From NCBI RefSeq assembly GCF_055900595.2, contig NZ_CM148325.1: DNA of 64,000 nucleotides. The stretch is one strand, 5' to 3'. Position 1 is the stretch's first letter; each line of letters starts with the position of its first letter. Below are positions 11,529-23,232 of this stretch, one piece after another. The position numbers were made by a program, and so were the translations under genes. The notes beneath the pieces were generated by a model. The model was not told where the DNA came from, made no database searches, and saw only the letters and a program-made list of their open reading frames with translations.

Positions 11529-12116
11529 TTACTTTTGAAAGGCTTTTTTTAAGCTGATTTTGGAAATCAGCTCTGTCAGTGAAAGGACCATTGTTGATCG
11601 CACAGCCTGTTGGTAACGCTGAATTTGCATTGCATACAAACTGGAGTCTGCGGGTTCAAACTGTGGCGGCGGTGGTAACGCCGCCACACAGTGCAGCTCA
11701 CCAAAGGGGCCAAGAATTTCGTCGTCGGTAAAGGCGTACTCATTGCCGTCGTGATTTAGTTCTTCACGCAATGCCATCAGCAGTTCCGCATCTTCGTATT
11801 CATGGCGGTTAATGACACCCAACCCGTAAATGAGTTTTAAACGCACAGAAAGATCGCCCAGCGGGCCATCGCCGTCGAGTAACGGTTCTACAGCATACTT
11901 CACCGCGTAATCGTCTTTGCGGAATACCTGAAGCACCAGAAGATTTACCGCCTCGGTCAAAAGCTCGACGGCGGTAATCAGAAAGCTTCGCACGGTTTTG
12001 CCAGCATTCAGACGCTCAAGCACACGGTTTTCAAAGGCCTGGGTTTGTTCCATTGTTGCCTGCATATCTGACAATCTGTTATTCGGGCGCAGGGAGTCCT
12101 GCGCCTGGTCCACCAT
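11529..12116 (-). CDS. mtlR: Mannitol operon repressor
   Basis: 195-aa ORF recognised as MtlR; directly downstream of mtlD. Confidence 0.92.
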   Translation of the reverse strand: MVDQAQDSLRPNNRLSDMQATMEQTQAFENRVLERLNAGKTVRSFLITAVELLTEAVNLLVLQVFRKDDYAVKYAVEPLLDGDGPLGDLSVRLKLIYGLGVINRHEYEDAELLMALREELNHDGNEYAFTDDEILGPFGELHCVAALPPPPQFEPADSSLYAMQIQRYQQAVRSTMVLSLTELISKISLKKAFQK

Positions 12117-13264
12117 TATTGCATTGCTTTATAAGCGGTTACCGCCTCGGATACAACCTCGCTGTTAGCATCAAGGCCGGAAATCTGCGCCAGTGCGGCT
12201 TGCGGGCCTTTGTCGGCAATCAGTGCTGCCAGTTCCTGAGCCTGCGGATCATCTTCACTGCGGAAGTGCATTGCAGCGGCAATACCTTCAATCAGGTTTT
12301 TATGTGGCAGACCATATTCCAGCGTTCCGAGCAGTGGCTTGATCAGACGGTCGCCAGCACTCAGTTTACGCAGCGGCTGACGGCCTACGCGCTCTACATC
12401 GTCTTTCAGATACGGGTTCTCAAAACGACCAAGGATTTTCTGGATGTACGCCGCATGTTTGTCCGCGTCAAAACCGTAACGCTTGATCAGTACAGCGCCA
12501 CTTTCTTCCATCGCCCCTTTTACTACCGCGCGGATTTTCTCGTCGAGAATTGCGTCACGAATGGTCTGATGACCTGCCAGTTTTCCGAGGTACGCGGTTA
12601 TAGCATGACCTGTATTCAGGGTGAAGAGTTTACGCTCAACAAATGCCATCAGGTTGTCGGTTAACTCCATGCCTGGGATGTTCGGCAGTGCACCTTTGAA
12701 TTGGGTTTTATCGACAATCCATTCGCTGAAGGTTTCGACTGTCACTTCCAGCGGATCGTTCGTTGCCGAAGCGGAAGGCGGTACGATGCGGTCAACGGCA
12801 GAGTCCACAAAGCCAACATGTTCTTCGACCCACGCTTTGGCGTCTTCCGGCAGGGCGTTCATCACATGGCCTTTCAGCTGCGTGGTGCCGCGTACCATGT
12901 TTTCACAGGCGATAATGTTCAGCGGGGATTCATTACCTTGTTCTTTACGTTTCACCAGCCCTTTGGCGATTGCCGGAGCAATACGTTCCAGCACAACCGG
13001 GCCCACGGCGGTAGTGACTAAATCAACCTGAGCAATCAGATCAACGACATCATCACCAATGCTGCTGACAGCATTGACGCCAGAAACGGTATCTACCTGC
13101 TCGGTTTCACCGACTACATGAACCTGATAGCTATGACGGGCATTCAGGGCATCAAGTACCACCTGATTGACATCGGCAAACGTCAGTTGGATACCTGCGT
13201 CTGCCAGCAGTTTACCGATAAAGCCACGACCGATATTACCTGCGCCAAAATGTAATGCTTTCAT
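12116..13264 (-). CDS. mtlD: Mannitol-1-phosphate 5-dehydrogenase
   Basis: ORF 12116..13408; start taken at [15 protein letters not shown] (NAD-binding GxGxxG), 382 aa; the upstream extension runs into REP sequence. Confidence 0.92.
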   Translation of the reverse strand: MKALHFGAGNIGRGFIGKLLADAGIQLTFADVNQVVLDALNARHSYQVHVVGETEQVDTVSGVNAVSSIGDDVVDLIAQVDLVTTAVGPVVLERIAPAIAKGLVKRKEQGNESPLNIIACENMVRGTTQLKGHVMNALPEDAKAWVEEHVGFVDSAVDRIVPPSASATNDPLEVTVETFSEWIVDKTQFKGALPNIPGMELTDNLMAFVERKLFTLNTGHAITAYLGKLAGHQTIRDAILDEKIRAVVKGAMEESGAVLIKRYGFDADKHAAYIQKILGRFENPYLKDDVERVGRQPLRKLSAGDRLIKPLLGTLEYGLPHKNLIEGIAAAMHFRSEDDPQAQELAALIADKGPQAALAQISGLDANSEVVSEAVTAYKAMQ

Positions 13265-13299
13265 AGTATTAACCTTCATCAATGTTTTTACCCGAGAGG

Positions 13300-13760
<461 letters not shown>

Positions 13761-13762
13761 GA

Positions 13763-15676
13763 TTACTTACGACCTGCCAGCAGTTCCAGCACTTCATCCA
13801 CGCTGGTGGTGTGCGCCAGACGCTCGATGACGGACTCATCATCCAGTGCGTTGGTCAGGCTGGTGATAACCTGAATGTGCTCGTTGTTACGGGCAGCAAT
13901 ACCAATCACCAGACGGGCAATGTCATCTTCTTCTTCACCGAAGCGCACGCCTTCCGGGTACTGGCAGAACACCACGCCCGTTTTCAGTACGCGATCTTTC
14001 GCTTCAACCGTACCGTGCGGTACCGCGATGGACTCACCCAGATAAGTCGGGGTCAGTTTTTCACGATCCAGCATCGCCTGAACGTATTCCGGCTCAACGT
14101 AACCGCCTTTCACCAGCTGCTCGCCAGCAAAACGAATCGCTTCTTCTTTGGTGGCCGCTTTGCGACCGAGGAAGATGTTCTCCGCGCCTAGCTTGAACAG
14201 GTTAGCACTGGAATCGTCAAAGCTGTCTTTCAGACTGTCTTTCACTTTTACTTCGTTTTCAGTATGGCGCTGGGCAGCAACCAGACGTTCGGTCAGGCTG
14301 GTGTACAGGCCGCTGTCGAGGAAGTTGGTCAGCGAAATATGCTGTGCCTGCGGAACCTGGCGCATAGCGCGTTCGGTCAGGTCACGGTGAGTGATGACCA
14401 GGTCCACATCTGGCGGCAGGTTGTTGATCGCGCTGTTAGTAACAGAAATCTGCGACAGACCTGCATCCTGAATTTTCTTACGCAGCACACCTGCGCCCAT
14501 CGCACTGGAACCCATACCGGCATCACAGGCAACGATGATTTTACGGACGTGGCTCAGGTCGTTAGTCACATCGCCAGCAGACAGCGGAGATGCGCCTTTA
14601 GATTCAGCTTTCATGTCCTGCATACGACGCGTTGCTGCTTCAATGTCATCTTCTTCTTTCACTTTGCTGGTTTTCAGCAGAATGGCAGAGACAACGAAGG
14701 AGACTGCCATCGCCGCACACACACCCGCTATGTTAGCGAAGTAAGCACCTTTTGGTGTCATCGCCAGTACCGCAAGGATAGAGCCCGGAGATGCCGGAGA
14801 AACCAGACCACCGCCCAGGATAGTCAGCGTGAATACGCCAGTCATACCACCGAGGATAACGGCCAGGATCAGACGCGGATTCATCAGCACATACGGGAAG
14901 TAGATTTCGTGGATACCCCCCAGGAAGTGAATGATTGCCGCACCGCCCGCAGACTGTTTAGCGCTACCACGACCAAAGAACATGTACGCCAGCAGAACAC
15001 CCATACCCGGACCTGGGTTAGCTTCAATCAGGAAGAAGATGGATTTACCCAGTTCATGGGACTGCTGAATACCCAGCGGCGAGAAGATACCGTGGTTAAT
15101 GGCGTTGTTGAGGAACAGGATTTTCGCCGGTTCAACAAAGATAGACGCCAGCGGCAGCATGTCATGGACAACCATGAAGTTAACGCCCGCAGCCAGCATT
15201 TTGGACAGGGCTTCAACAATCGGGCCAATGCCGAGGAACGCCAGAATAGCGAGGATCATCCCGATGATGCCTGCGGAGAAGTTATTCACCAGCATCTCAA
15301 AACCGGATTTGATCTTACCGTCTACCCAGCGGTCGAAGTGCTTAATGCACCAGCCGCCCAGCGGACCTGCAATCATAGAACCGAGGAACATCGGCATATC
15401 TGCGCCGACGATAACGCCCATTGTAGTGATGGCACCGACTACGCCGCCACGTTCGCCGCCTACCAGCTTACCACCGGTATAACCGATCAGCAGTGGCAGG
15501 AGATAAGTGATCATCGGCCCGACCAGCTTCGCCAGCGTTTCGTTCGGTAACCACCCTGTTGGAATAAATAGCGCGGTGATGATACCCCACGCGATAAACG
15601 CGCCGATATTTGGCATCACCATGTTGCTGAGGAAACGACCAAAGCTTTGCACTTTGATCTTAATATCGGATGACAT
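13763..15676 (-). CDS. mtlA: PTS mannitol-specific EIICBA component
   Basis: 637-aa ORF recognised as MtlA. Confidence 0.95.
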   Translation of the reverse strand: MSSDIKIKVQSFGRFLSNMVMPNIGAFIAWGIITALFIPTGWLPNETLAKLVGPMITYLLPLLIGYTGGKLVGGERGGVVGAITTMGVIVGADMPMFLGSMIAGPLGGWCIKHFDRWVDGKIKSGFEMLVNNFSAGIIGMILAILAFLGIGPIVEALSKMLAAGVNFMVVHDMLPLASIFVEPAKILFLNNAINHGIFSPLGIQQSHELGKSIFFLIEANPGPGMGVLLAYMFFGRGSAKQSAGGAAIIHFLGGIHEIYFPYVLMNPRLILAVILGGMTGVFTLTILGGGLVSPASPGSILAVLAMTPKGAYFANIAGVCAAMAVSFVVSAILLKTSKVKEEDDIEAATRRMQDMKAESKGASPLSAGDVTNDLSHVRKIIVACDAGMGSSAMGAGVLRKKIQDAGLSQISVTNSAINNLPPDVDLVITHRDLTERAMRQVPQAQHISLTNFLDSGLYTSLTERLVAAQRHTENEVKVKDSLKDSFDDSSANLFKLGAENIFLGRKAATKEEAIRFAGEQLVKGGYVEPEYVQAMLDREKLTPTYLGESIAVPHGTVEAKDRVLKTGVVFCQYPEGVRFGEEEDDIARLVIGIAARNNEHIQVITSLTNALDDESVIERLAHTTSVDEVLELLAGRK

Positions 15677-15819
15677 AAAAACACCCCTTCTTATGTTTGC
15701 TGTCGCGCAGGCTGGAAGCCCGAGGTTTTTTGTTAATGTGGCGGCAGAGGTAGCCGGACCTTGTTGATAGTGCGAAATCTGGCACTGAATCGGTTAACTG
15801 TCCAGTCGACGGCTTTTTG

Positions 15820-15996
15820 TGTGATATCGGTCACATAAATATAGGGGGTAGAGAGGTAATTGACGTGATGTGCATCACAAAATACTTGTGTAAAAAAGCA
15901 ACAAGACGGCGATTTTCGCTAAAAATGGCATTTAAATGTGAGTAATGTCACATTTTTGTTTTGTTGGTTTGTTGAATCTTTGTGATCTGAATCACA
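15820..15996. promoter_or_regulatory. mtl promoter region with several CRP-type palindromes
   Basis: tgtgatatcggtcaca (15820..15835) and tgtgatctgaatcaca (15981..15996) both fit TGTGA-N6-TCACA; gtgatgtgcatcac (15865..15878) is a further perfect palindrome. Confidence 0.65.
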
Positions 15997-16212
15997 AGAT
16001 ATTTTCTTACGGCGTTCACCTGATGTGATCTGCAGCATGTTATGCCTTCGTCATAAAATCGTTATGTAACTAAGCAACTCATCACCTCTAAAAATTATTC
16101 TTTGGTGTTATGGCGAGAATCGCGAACCCGAATTATTGTCAAAATATCAGCCTGACTCCCTTCTGGCTGCCAGCCAAAAAACAACACCGATAAACGTGAA
16201 TCCGAGGCAGAT

Positions 16213-16575
16213 ATGTTTCTAAACTATTTCGCGTTGGGAGTGCTGATCTTCGTCTTTCTGGTGATTTTTTATGTAATCATCGCGATACATGACATCCCTT
16301 ATCTGATTGCCAAAAAGCGCAATCACCCCCATGCCGACGCTATTCATACGGCGGGCTGGGTGAGCCTGTTTACTCTGCATGTTATCTGGCCGTTCCTGTG
16401 GATCTGGGCGACGCTCTATCAACCGGAGCGTGGCTGGGGTATGCAGTCACATGTTGCGTCGCAGGAGAAAGCGACTGACCCGGAAATCGCCGCACTTTCT
16501 GACCGAATTTCCCGGCTGGAGCATCAACTCGCCGCCGAGAAAAAGACTGACTATTCCACGTTCCCGGAGATCTAA
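16213..16575 (+). CDS. yibI: DUF3302-family small inner-membrane protein
   Basis: 120-aa ORF with two hydrophobic helices and a C-terminal coiled-coil tail; paralog of the ORF at 26155..26478. Confidence 0.85.
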   Translation: MFLNYFALGVLIFVFLVIFYVIIAIHDIPYLIAKKRNHPHADAIHTAGWVSLFTLHVIWPFLWIWATLYQPERGWGMQSHVASQEKATDPEIAALSDRISRLEHQLAAEKKTDYSTFPEI

Positions 16576-16577
16576 AT

Positions 16578-17714
16578 ATGGATCTATTGATTGTTTTAAC
16601 TTACGTGGCGCTGGCGTGGGCGGTCTTTAAAATCTTCCGCATTCCGGTAAATCAGTGGACGCTGGCGACGGCGGCGCTGGGAGGCGTGTTTCTGGTGAGT
16701 GGTTTGATTTTGTTGATGAACTACAACCACCCTTACACTTTTACCGCACAGAAAGCGGTGATTGCTATTCCCATCACGCCACAGGTGACGGGGATCGTGA
16801 CTGAAGTCACTGACAAGAATAATCAGCTCATTCAGAAGGGCGAGGTGCTTTTTAAGCTCGACCCGGTACGTTATCAGGCGCGAGTCGACAGACTTCAGGC
16901 TGACCTGATGACGGCGACGCATAATATAAAGACACTGCGCGCGCAGCTCACTGAAGCGCAAGCCAATACCACCCAGGTTTCAGCGGAGCGTGACCGCTTG
17001 TTTAAAAATTATCAACGTTACCTGAAAGGCAGCCAAGCGGCGGTAAATCCGTTCTCAGAACGTGATATCGACGATGCGCGGCAGAATTTTCTCGCGCAGG
17101 ATGCGCTGGTGAAAGGCTCGGTGGCGGAACAGGCGCAAATCCAGAGCCAGCTCGACAGTATGGTTAACGGTGAGCAGTCGCAGATTGTCAGCTTAAGGGC
17201 GCAGCTTACCGAAGCGAAATATAACCTTGAGCAGACCGTCATTCGCGCGCCGAGCAATGGCTACGTCACTCAGGTGCTGATCCGCCCAGGTACATACGCA
17301 GCTGCCTTGCCGTTGCGTCCGGTAATGGTTTTCATCCCTGAGCAAAAACGGCAAATTGTCGCCCAATTTCGGCAAAACTCGCTGTTACGTCTGAAACCCG
17401 GCGATGATGCGGAAGTGGTGTTTAACGCGCTACCTGGGCAGGTGTTCCACGGCAAACTGACTAGTATTTTACCTGTCGTGCCAGGCGGTTCGTATCAGGC
17501 GCAAGGGGTATTGCAATCATTAACGGTCGTGCCCGGCACGGACGGTGTGCTGGGAACCATTGAACTGGACCCTAACGATGATATCGATGCTTTACCCGAC
17601 GGCATCTACGCCCAGGTGGCAGTTTACTCCGACCATTTCAGCCATGTTTCGGTGATGCGGAAGGTGCTGCTAAGAATGACCAGTTGGATGCATTATCTTT
17701 ATTTGGATCATTGA
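16578..17714 (+). CDS. yibH: HlyD-family membrane-fusion (periplasmic adaptor) protein
   Basis: 378-aa ORF with N-terminal TM helix, coiled-coil region and beta-barrel domain; starts 2 bp after yibI; paralog of yiaV. Confidence 0.85.
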   Translation: MDLLIVLTYVALAWAVFKIFRIPVNQWTLATAALGGVFLVSGLILLMNYNHPYTFTAQKAVIAIPITPQVTGIVTEVTDKNNQLIQKGEVLFKLDPVRYQARVDRLQADLMTATHNIKTLRAQLTEAQANTTQVSAERDRLFKNYQRYLKGSQAAVNPFSERDIDDARQNFLAQDALVKGSVAEQAQIQSQLDSMVNGEQSQIVSLRAQLTEAKYNLEQTVIRAPSNGYVTQVLIRPGTYAAALPLRPVMVFIPEQKRQIVAQFRQNSLLRLKPGDDAEVVFNALPGQVFHGKLTSILPVVPGGSYQAQGVLQSLTVVPGTDGVLGTIELDPNDDIDALPDGIYAQVAVYSDHFSHVSVMRKVLLRMTSWMHYLYLDH

Positions 17715-17784
17715 GACTTGTATCACCTGTGTTTTGCGCGAGCCTGAGCCATACTGATATTTTTCCTCGCACAAAGGACTCGGC

Positions 17785-18393
17785 ATGAAACTCGTCGGTA
17801 GCTACACCAGCCCGTTTGTACGCAAACTTTCTATTCTGTTGTTAGAAAAGGGCATAACTTTCGAATTTATTAATGAACTGCCCTATAACGCGGACAACGG
17901 CGTGGCGCAATTTAACCCGTTAGGGAAAGTGCCGGTGCTGGTGACTGAAGAGGGCGAATGTTGGTTTGATTCGCCGATCATCGCTGAATATATTGAATTA
18001 ATGAATGTCGCTCCGGCGATGTTGCCGCGCGATCCGCTGGAGTCGTTGCGAGTGCGCAAAATTGAGGCGCTGGCGGATGGCATTATGGATGCCGGGCTGG
18101 TATCGGTGCGTGAACAGGCACGTCCGGCGGCGCAGCAGTCTGAAGATGAATTGTTACGCCAGCGGGAGAAAATCAACCGCAGTCTGGATGTGCTGGAAGG
18201 ATATCTGGTCGATGGCACGCTCAAAACCGATACGGTCAATCTGGCGACTATCGCCATTGCCTGTGCCGTCGGATATCTCAATTTCCGCCGCGTTGCGCCA
18301 GGCTGGTGTGTCGACCGCCCACACTTAGTCAAACTGGTCGAAAACCTGTTTAGCCGCGAAAGTTTTGCTCGCACCGAACCGCCAAAGGCTTGA
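17785..18393 (+). CDS. yibF: Glutathione S-transferase family protein
   Basis: 202-aa ORF recognised as YibF. Confidence 0.85.
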
Positions 18394-18490
18394 TGCGCGA
18401 TATGTCCTCCTGACCCATCTCACGTTACAATCCGTGGTTATGTTAAACGCCCTTCTCCGTGTGAGAGGGCCTTGATCAACCAGGTTTCCT

Positions 18491-19882
18491 ATGACAACCG
18501 AAACGCGTTCCCTCTATAGTCAACTTCCGGCTATTGATCGCTTATTGCGCGATAGCTCCTTCCTTTCTTTGCGTGATACTTATGGTCACACCCGCGTGGT
18601 GGAATTGCTGCGTCAGATGCTTGACGAAGCGCGAGAAGTGATTCGTGACAACCAGACGCTACCCGCGTGGTGTGAAAACTGGGCGCAAGAAGTTGATGCC
18701 CGGTTGACGAAAGAGGCGCAAAGCGCGCTGCGTCCGGTGATCAACCTGACGGGAACCGTGCTGCATACCAACCTTGGGCGAGCTTTACAGGCGGAAGCCG
18801 CGGTGGAGGCTGTTGCGCAGGCTATGCGTTCGCCAGTAACCCTCGAATACGATCTGGATGACGCCGGACGCGGACATCGCGATCGGGCGCTGGCGCAGCT
18901 GCTGTGCCGTATTACGGGGGCGGAAGATGCCTGTATCGTTAATAACAATGCGGCGGCGGTCTTGTTGATGTTGGCGGCCATTGCCAGCGGGAAAGAGGTG
19001 GTGGTTTCTCGCGGCGAACTGGTGGAGATTGGCGGTGCGTTTCGTATTCCCGATGTTATGCGCCAGGCAGGCTGCACACTACACGAAGTGGGGACCACCA
19101 ACCGCACGCACACTAATGATTATCGTCAGGCGGTGAATGAAAATACCGCTCTGTTGATGAAAGTACATACCAGTAACTACAGCATTCAGGGGTTCACCAA
19201 AGCGATAGATGAAGCTGAACTGGTGGCGCTCGGCAAAGAGCTGGATGTTCCCGTAGTGACTGACTTAGGCAGCGGCTCGCTGGTCGATCTTAGCCAGTAC
19301 GGTTTGCCGAAAGAGCCAATGCCGCAGGAGTTGATTGCGGCGGGCGTCAGTCTGGTGAGCTTCTCCGGCGACAAGCTGTTAGGCGGACCGCAGGCAGGAA
19401 TTATTGTTGGTAAAAAAGAGATGATTGCCCGCCTGCAAAGCCATCCGCTGAAGCGTGTATTACGCGCGGATAAAATGACCCTCGCGGCGCTGGAAGCCAC
19501 GTTGCGTCTTTATTTACACCCTGAAGCTTTGAGTGAAAAATTACCGACTCTGCGTCTGCTTACCCGCAGCGCAGAGGTCATTCAAATCCAGGCACAACGT
19601 TTACAGGCCCCCCTTGCCGCACATTACGGCGCGGAGTTTGCGGTACAGGTTATGCCATGTCTTTCGCAGATTGGCAGTGGTTCGCTGCCGGTTGATCGCC
19701 TGCCGAGCGCGGCATTAACGTTTACACCCCATGATGGACGCGGTAGCCACCTTGAGTCATTAGCCGCCCGCTGGCGTGAATTACCAGTGCCGGTGATTGG
19801 TCGTATTTATGACGGACGATTGTGGCTGGATTTACGCTGCCTTGAAGATGAGCAACGGTTTTTGGAGATGTTGTTGAAATGA
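18491..19882 (+). CDS. selA: L-seryl-tRNA(Sec) selenium transferase (selenocysteine synthase)
   Basis: 463-aa ORF recognised as SelA; 4-bp ATGA overlap with selB. Confidence 0.95.
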   Translation: MTTETRSLYSQLPAIDRLLRDSSFLSLRDTYGHTRVVELLRQMLDEAREVIRDNQTLPAWCENWAQEVDARLTKEAQSALRPVINLTGTVLHTNLGRALQAEAAVEAVAQAMRSPVTLEYDLDDAGRGHRDRALAQLLCRITGAEDACIVNNNAAAVLLMLAAIASGKEVVVSRGELVEIGGAFRIPDVMRQAGCTLHEVGTTNRTHTNDYRQAVNENTALLMKVHTSNYSIQGFTKAIDEAELVALGKELDVPVVTDLGSGSLVDLSQYGLPKEPMPQELIAAGVSLVSFSGDKLLGGPQAGIIVGKKEMIARLQSHPLKRVLRADKMTLAALEATLRLYLHPEALSEKLPTLRLLTRSAEVIQIQAQRLQAPLAAHYGAEFAVQVMPCLSQIGSGSLPVDRLPSAALTFTPHDGRGSHLESLAARWRELPVPVIGRIYDGRLWLDLRCLEDEQRFLEMLLK

Positions 19883-21723
19883 TTATTGCGACTGCCGGAC
19901 ACGTTGACCACGGCAAAACAACCTTATTGCAGGCGATTACTGGCGTAAATGCCGACCGTCTGCCGGAAGAAAAAAAGCGCGGCATGACCATCGATCTCGG
20001 CTATGCCTACTGGCCGCAGCCGGATGGTCGTGTTCCGGGTTTTATCGACGTTCCCGGTCATGAAAAGTTTCTTTCCAACATGCTGGCGGGCGTCGGGGGT
20101 ATCGATCACGCGCTGTTGGTGGTGGCGTGCGATGACGGCGTGATGGCACAGACTCGTGAGCATCTGGCGATTTTGCAGCTGACCGGTAACCCGATGCTGA
20201 CAGTGGCGCTGACCAAAGCCGATCGCGTGGACGAAGCGCGTGTTGATGAGGTTGAACGCCAGGTAAAGGAGGTGCTGCGGGAATACGGTTTTGCTGAGGC
20301 AAAACTGTTTATCACCGCAGCAACCGAAGGCCGGGGAATTGATGCCCTGCGCGAGCATCTGCTTCAGTTACCAGAACGTGAACACGCCAGCCAACATAGC
20401 TTCCGCCTCGCTATCGACCGTGCTTTTACCGTAAAAGGTGCCGGGCTGGTCGTCACCGGTACGGCGTTAAGTGGGGAAGTGAAGGTAGGCGATTCACTCT
20501 GGCTGACTGGTGTAAATAAACCGATGCGCGTGCGTGCGCTGCATGCGCAAAATCAGCCAACAAATGCAGCTCATGCCGGGCAGCGTATTGCGCTTAACAT
20601 CGCGGGTGATGCGGAAAAAGAACAGATTAACCGTGGGGACTGGTTGCTTGCCGATGCGCCGCCGGAGCCGTTTACGCGGGTGATAGTCGAGCTTCAAACT
20701 CATACACCGTTGACCCAGTGGCAGCCGCTGCATATTCACCACGCCGCCAGCCACGTTACGGGACGCGTTTCGCTGCTGGAAGATAACCTTGCCGAGTTGG
20801 TGTTCGACACGCCGCTGTGGCTGGCAGATAACGATCGCTTAGTGCTACGCGATATCTCGGCCCGCAACACGCTGGCGGGGGCGCGCGTGGTGATGCTTAA
20901 CCCGCCGCGTCGCGGTAAACGTAAGCCGGAATATCTGCAATGGCTGGAGTCTCTTGCACAGGCGCAGAGCGATGCCGATGCGTTAGCTATTCATCTGGAA
21001 CGCGGAGCGGTTAACCTTGCTGATTTCGCTTGGGCGCGCCAGCTCAACGGCGAAGGGATGCGTGAACTGCTGCAGCAACCGGGCTATATTCAGGCCGGTT
21101 ACAGCTTGCTGAATGCACCGGTTGCCGCTCGTTGGCAGCGTAAAATTCTCGATACCCTGGCGACTTATCATGAGCAGCATCGCGATGAACCAGGTCCTGG
21201 GCGCGAGCGTCTGCGGCGCATGGCGTTGCCAATGGAAGATGAAGCGCTGGTGCTGTTGCTGATTGAAAAGATGCGCGAAAGCGGCGACATCCTCAGTCAT
21301 CACGGTTGGCTGCATCTGCCGGATCATAAAGCGGGCTTCAGCGAAGAGCAGCAGGCCATCTGGCAAAAAGCGGAGCCGCTGTTTGGTGACGAGCCGTGGT
21401 GGGTGCGTGACCTGGCAAAAGAGACGGGAACCGACGAGCAGGCAATGCGTTTGACGCTACGCCAGGCGGCGCAGCAGGGGATAATTACCGCGATCGTTAA
21501 AGATCGTTATTACCGTAACGATCGGATTGTCGAGTTTGCCAATATGATCCGCGATCTCGATCAGGAATGTGGTTCAACCTGCGCGGCGGATTTCCGCGAT
21601 CGCTTAGGCGTAGGCCGAAAGCTGGCAATTCAAATCCTGGAATATTTTGACCGCATTGGCTTTACGCGGCGTCGTGGAAATGATCATTTATTGCGCGACG
21701 CATTATTATTTCCGGAAAAATAG
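19879..21723 (+). CDS. selB: Selenocysteine-specific translation elongation factor
   Basis: 614-aa ORF with N-terminal GTPase motif [11 protein letters not shown]. Confidence 0.95.
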   Translation: MIIATAGHVDHGKTTLLQAITGVNADRLPEEKKRGMTIDLGYAYWPQPDGRVPGFIDVPGHEKFLSNMLAGVGGIDHALLVVACDDGVMAQTREHLAILQLTGNPMLTVALTKADRVDEARVDEVERQVKEVLREYGFAEAKLFITAATEGRGIDALREHLLQLPEREHASQHSFRLAIDRAFTVKGAGLVVTGTALSGEVKVGDSLWLTGVNKPMRVRALHAQNQPTNAAHAGQRIALNIAGDAEKEQINRGDWLLADAPPEPFTRVIVELQTHTPLTQWQPLHIHHAASHVTGRVSLLEDNLAELVFDTPLWLADNDRLVLRDISARNTLAGARVVMLNPPRRGKRKPEYLQWLESLAQAQSDADALAIHLERGAVNLADFAWARQLNGEGMRELLQQPGYIQAGYSLLNAPVAARWQRKILDTLATYHEQHRDEPGPGRERLRRMALPMEDEALVLLLIEKMRESGDILSHHGWLHLPDHKAGFSEEQQAIWQKAEPLFGDEPWWVRDLAKETGTDEQAMRLTLRQAAQQGIITAIVKDRYYRNDRIVEFANMIRDLDQECGSTCAADFRDRLGVGRKLAIQILEYFDRIGFTRRRGNDHLLRDALLFPEK

Positions 21724-21783
21724 GGGAATGATTAATTCATAATAAATATGAATTAATACAAAGTTCTTATTAATGTTAAGGAA

Positions 21784-21816
21784 GCACGTTATTTGATGAA
21801 TGTAACGTGCTTTTTA
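21784..21816 (+). terminator. Intrinsic terminator downstream of selB
   Basis: 8-bp stem gcacgtta/taacgtgc, 11-nt loop, then TTTTT. Confidence 0.6.
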
Positions 21817-21912
21817 TTAAAAATATTTTAATAAACGGTAATGTTGATCATATTTTCAAATGAAAATCCTCAGTAAGCTGCCGGCCCTTTTTTACTCTTT
21901 CAGGAGTGTATT

Positions 21913-23032
21913 ATGGCAGCTTCAACCTTTTTTATTCCTTCCGTGAATGTTATCGGCGCTGATTCATTGAATGATGCAATGAATATGATGGCAGATTATG
22001 GATTTACCCGTACCTTAATTGTCACCGACAATATGTTAACGAAATTGGGTATGGCGGGTGATGTGCAAAAAGCACTGGAAGAACGCAATATTTTTAGCGT
22101 TATTTATGATGGCACCCAACCTAACCCCACCACGGAAAACGTCGCTGCAGGTTTGAAATTACTTAAAGAAAATAATTGCGATAGCGTGATTTCCTTAGGC
22201 GGTGGTTCTCCACACGACTGCGCAAAAGGTATTGCGCTGGTTGCAGCCAACGGCGGTGACATCCGCGATTATGAAGGCGTTGACCGCTCTGCAAAACCGC
22301 AGTTGCCGATGATCGCCATCAACACCACGGCGGGTACGGCATCAGAAATGACCCGTTTTTGCATCATCACCGATGAAGCACGTCACTCCGCTGCTTTCTG
22401 TCAATGACTCCTCGCTGATGATCGGTATGCCGAAGTCACTGACCGCTGCAACGGGTATGGATGCCTTAACGCACGCTATCGAAGCGTATGTGTCTATTGC
22501 CGCCACGCCGATCACCGACGCTTGCGCACTGAAAGCGGTGACTATGATTGCCGAAAACCTGCCCTTAGCCGTTGAAGATGGCAGCAATGAGAAAGCGCGC
22601 GAAGCAATGGCTTACGCTCAGTTCCTCGCGGGTATGGCGTTCAACAATGCGTCTCTGGGTTATGTTCATGCGATGGCGCACCAGTTAGGTGGTTTCTACA
22701 ATCTGCCGCACGGTGTATGTAACGCCGTTCTGCTGCCGCACGTTCAGGTATTCAACAGTAAAGTCGCTGCTGCACGTTTGCGTGACTGCGCTGCCGCGAT
22801 GGGTGTTAACGTGACAGGTAAAAACGACGCGGAAGGTGCAGAAGCCTGCATCAATGCCATCCGTGAACTGGCGAAGAAAGTGAATATCCCGGCAGGCTTG
22901 CGTGACCTGAACGTGAAAGAAGAAGATTTCGCGGTACTTGCGACCAATGCCCTGAAAGATGCCTGCGGCTTTACTAACCCGATTCAGGCAACTCACGAAG
23001 AAATTGTGGCGATTTATCGCGCGGCGATGTAA
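21913..23032 (+). pseudogene. yiaY: Iron-containing alcohol dehydrogenase YiaY, split by a frameshift near 22375-22405
   Basis: Two ORFs in different frames (21913..22407, 164 aa; 22373..23032, 219 aa) together cover one Fe-ADH; about 10 residues between ...CIITDEARH and [32 protein letters not shown] are missing relative to family members such as FucO. Confidence 0.7.
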
Positions 23033-23045
23033 TCATCATTCCCAC

Positions 23046-23075
23046 AATGGCTGGCTAATTGTCAGCCATTTTTTC
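23046..23075 (+). terminator. Weak hairpin plus T-run downstream of yiaY
   Basis: atggctg ... cagccat followed by ttttt. Confidence 0.4.
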
Positions 23076-23232
23076 AACTCTCTCAAAATTTGCGATTTTT
23101 GAGAGAGTTTTAGTTATCTCTGTAATCCTTGCCCGTAAATTCGTGATAGCCGTCGTAAAGCTATCACCAGCTGGCGAAGATTTCGCCAGTCACGTCTACC
23201 CTTGTTATACCTCACACCGCAAGGAGACGATC

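Noticed and set aside
12053-12664. 203-aa plus-strand ORF
   Set aside because: Antisense to the mtlR/mtlD junction; Cys-rich translation with no recognisable fold.
14264-15550. 428-aa plus-strand ORF
   Set aside because: Antisense to mtlA; Arg/His/Gln-rich low-complexity translation typical of an open antisense frame.
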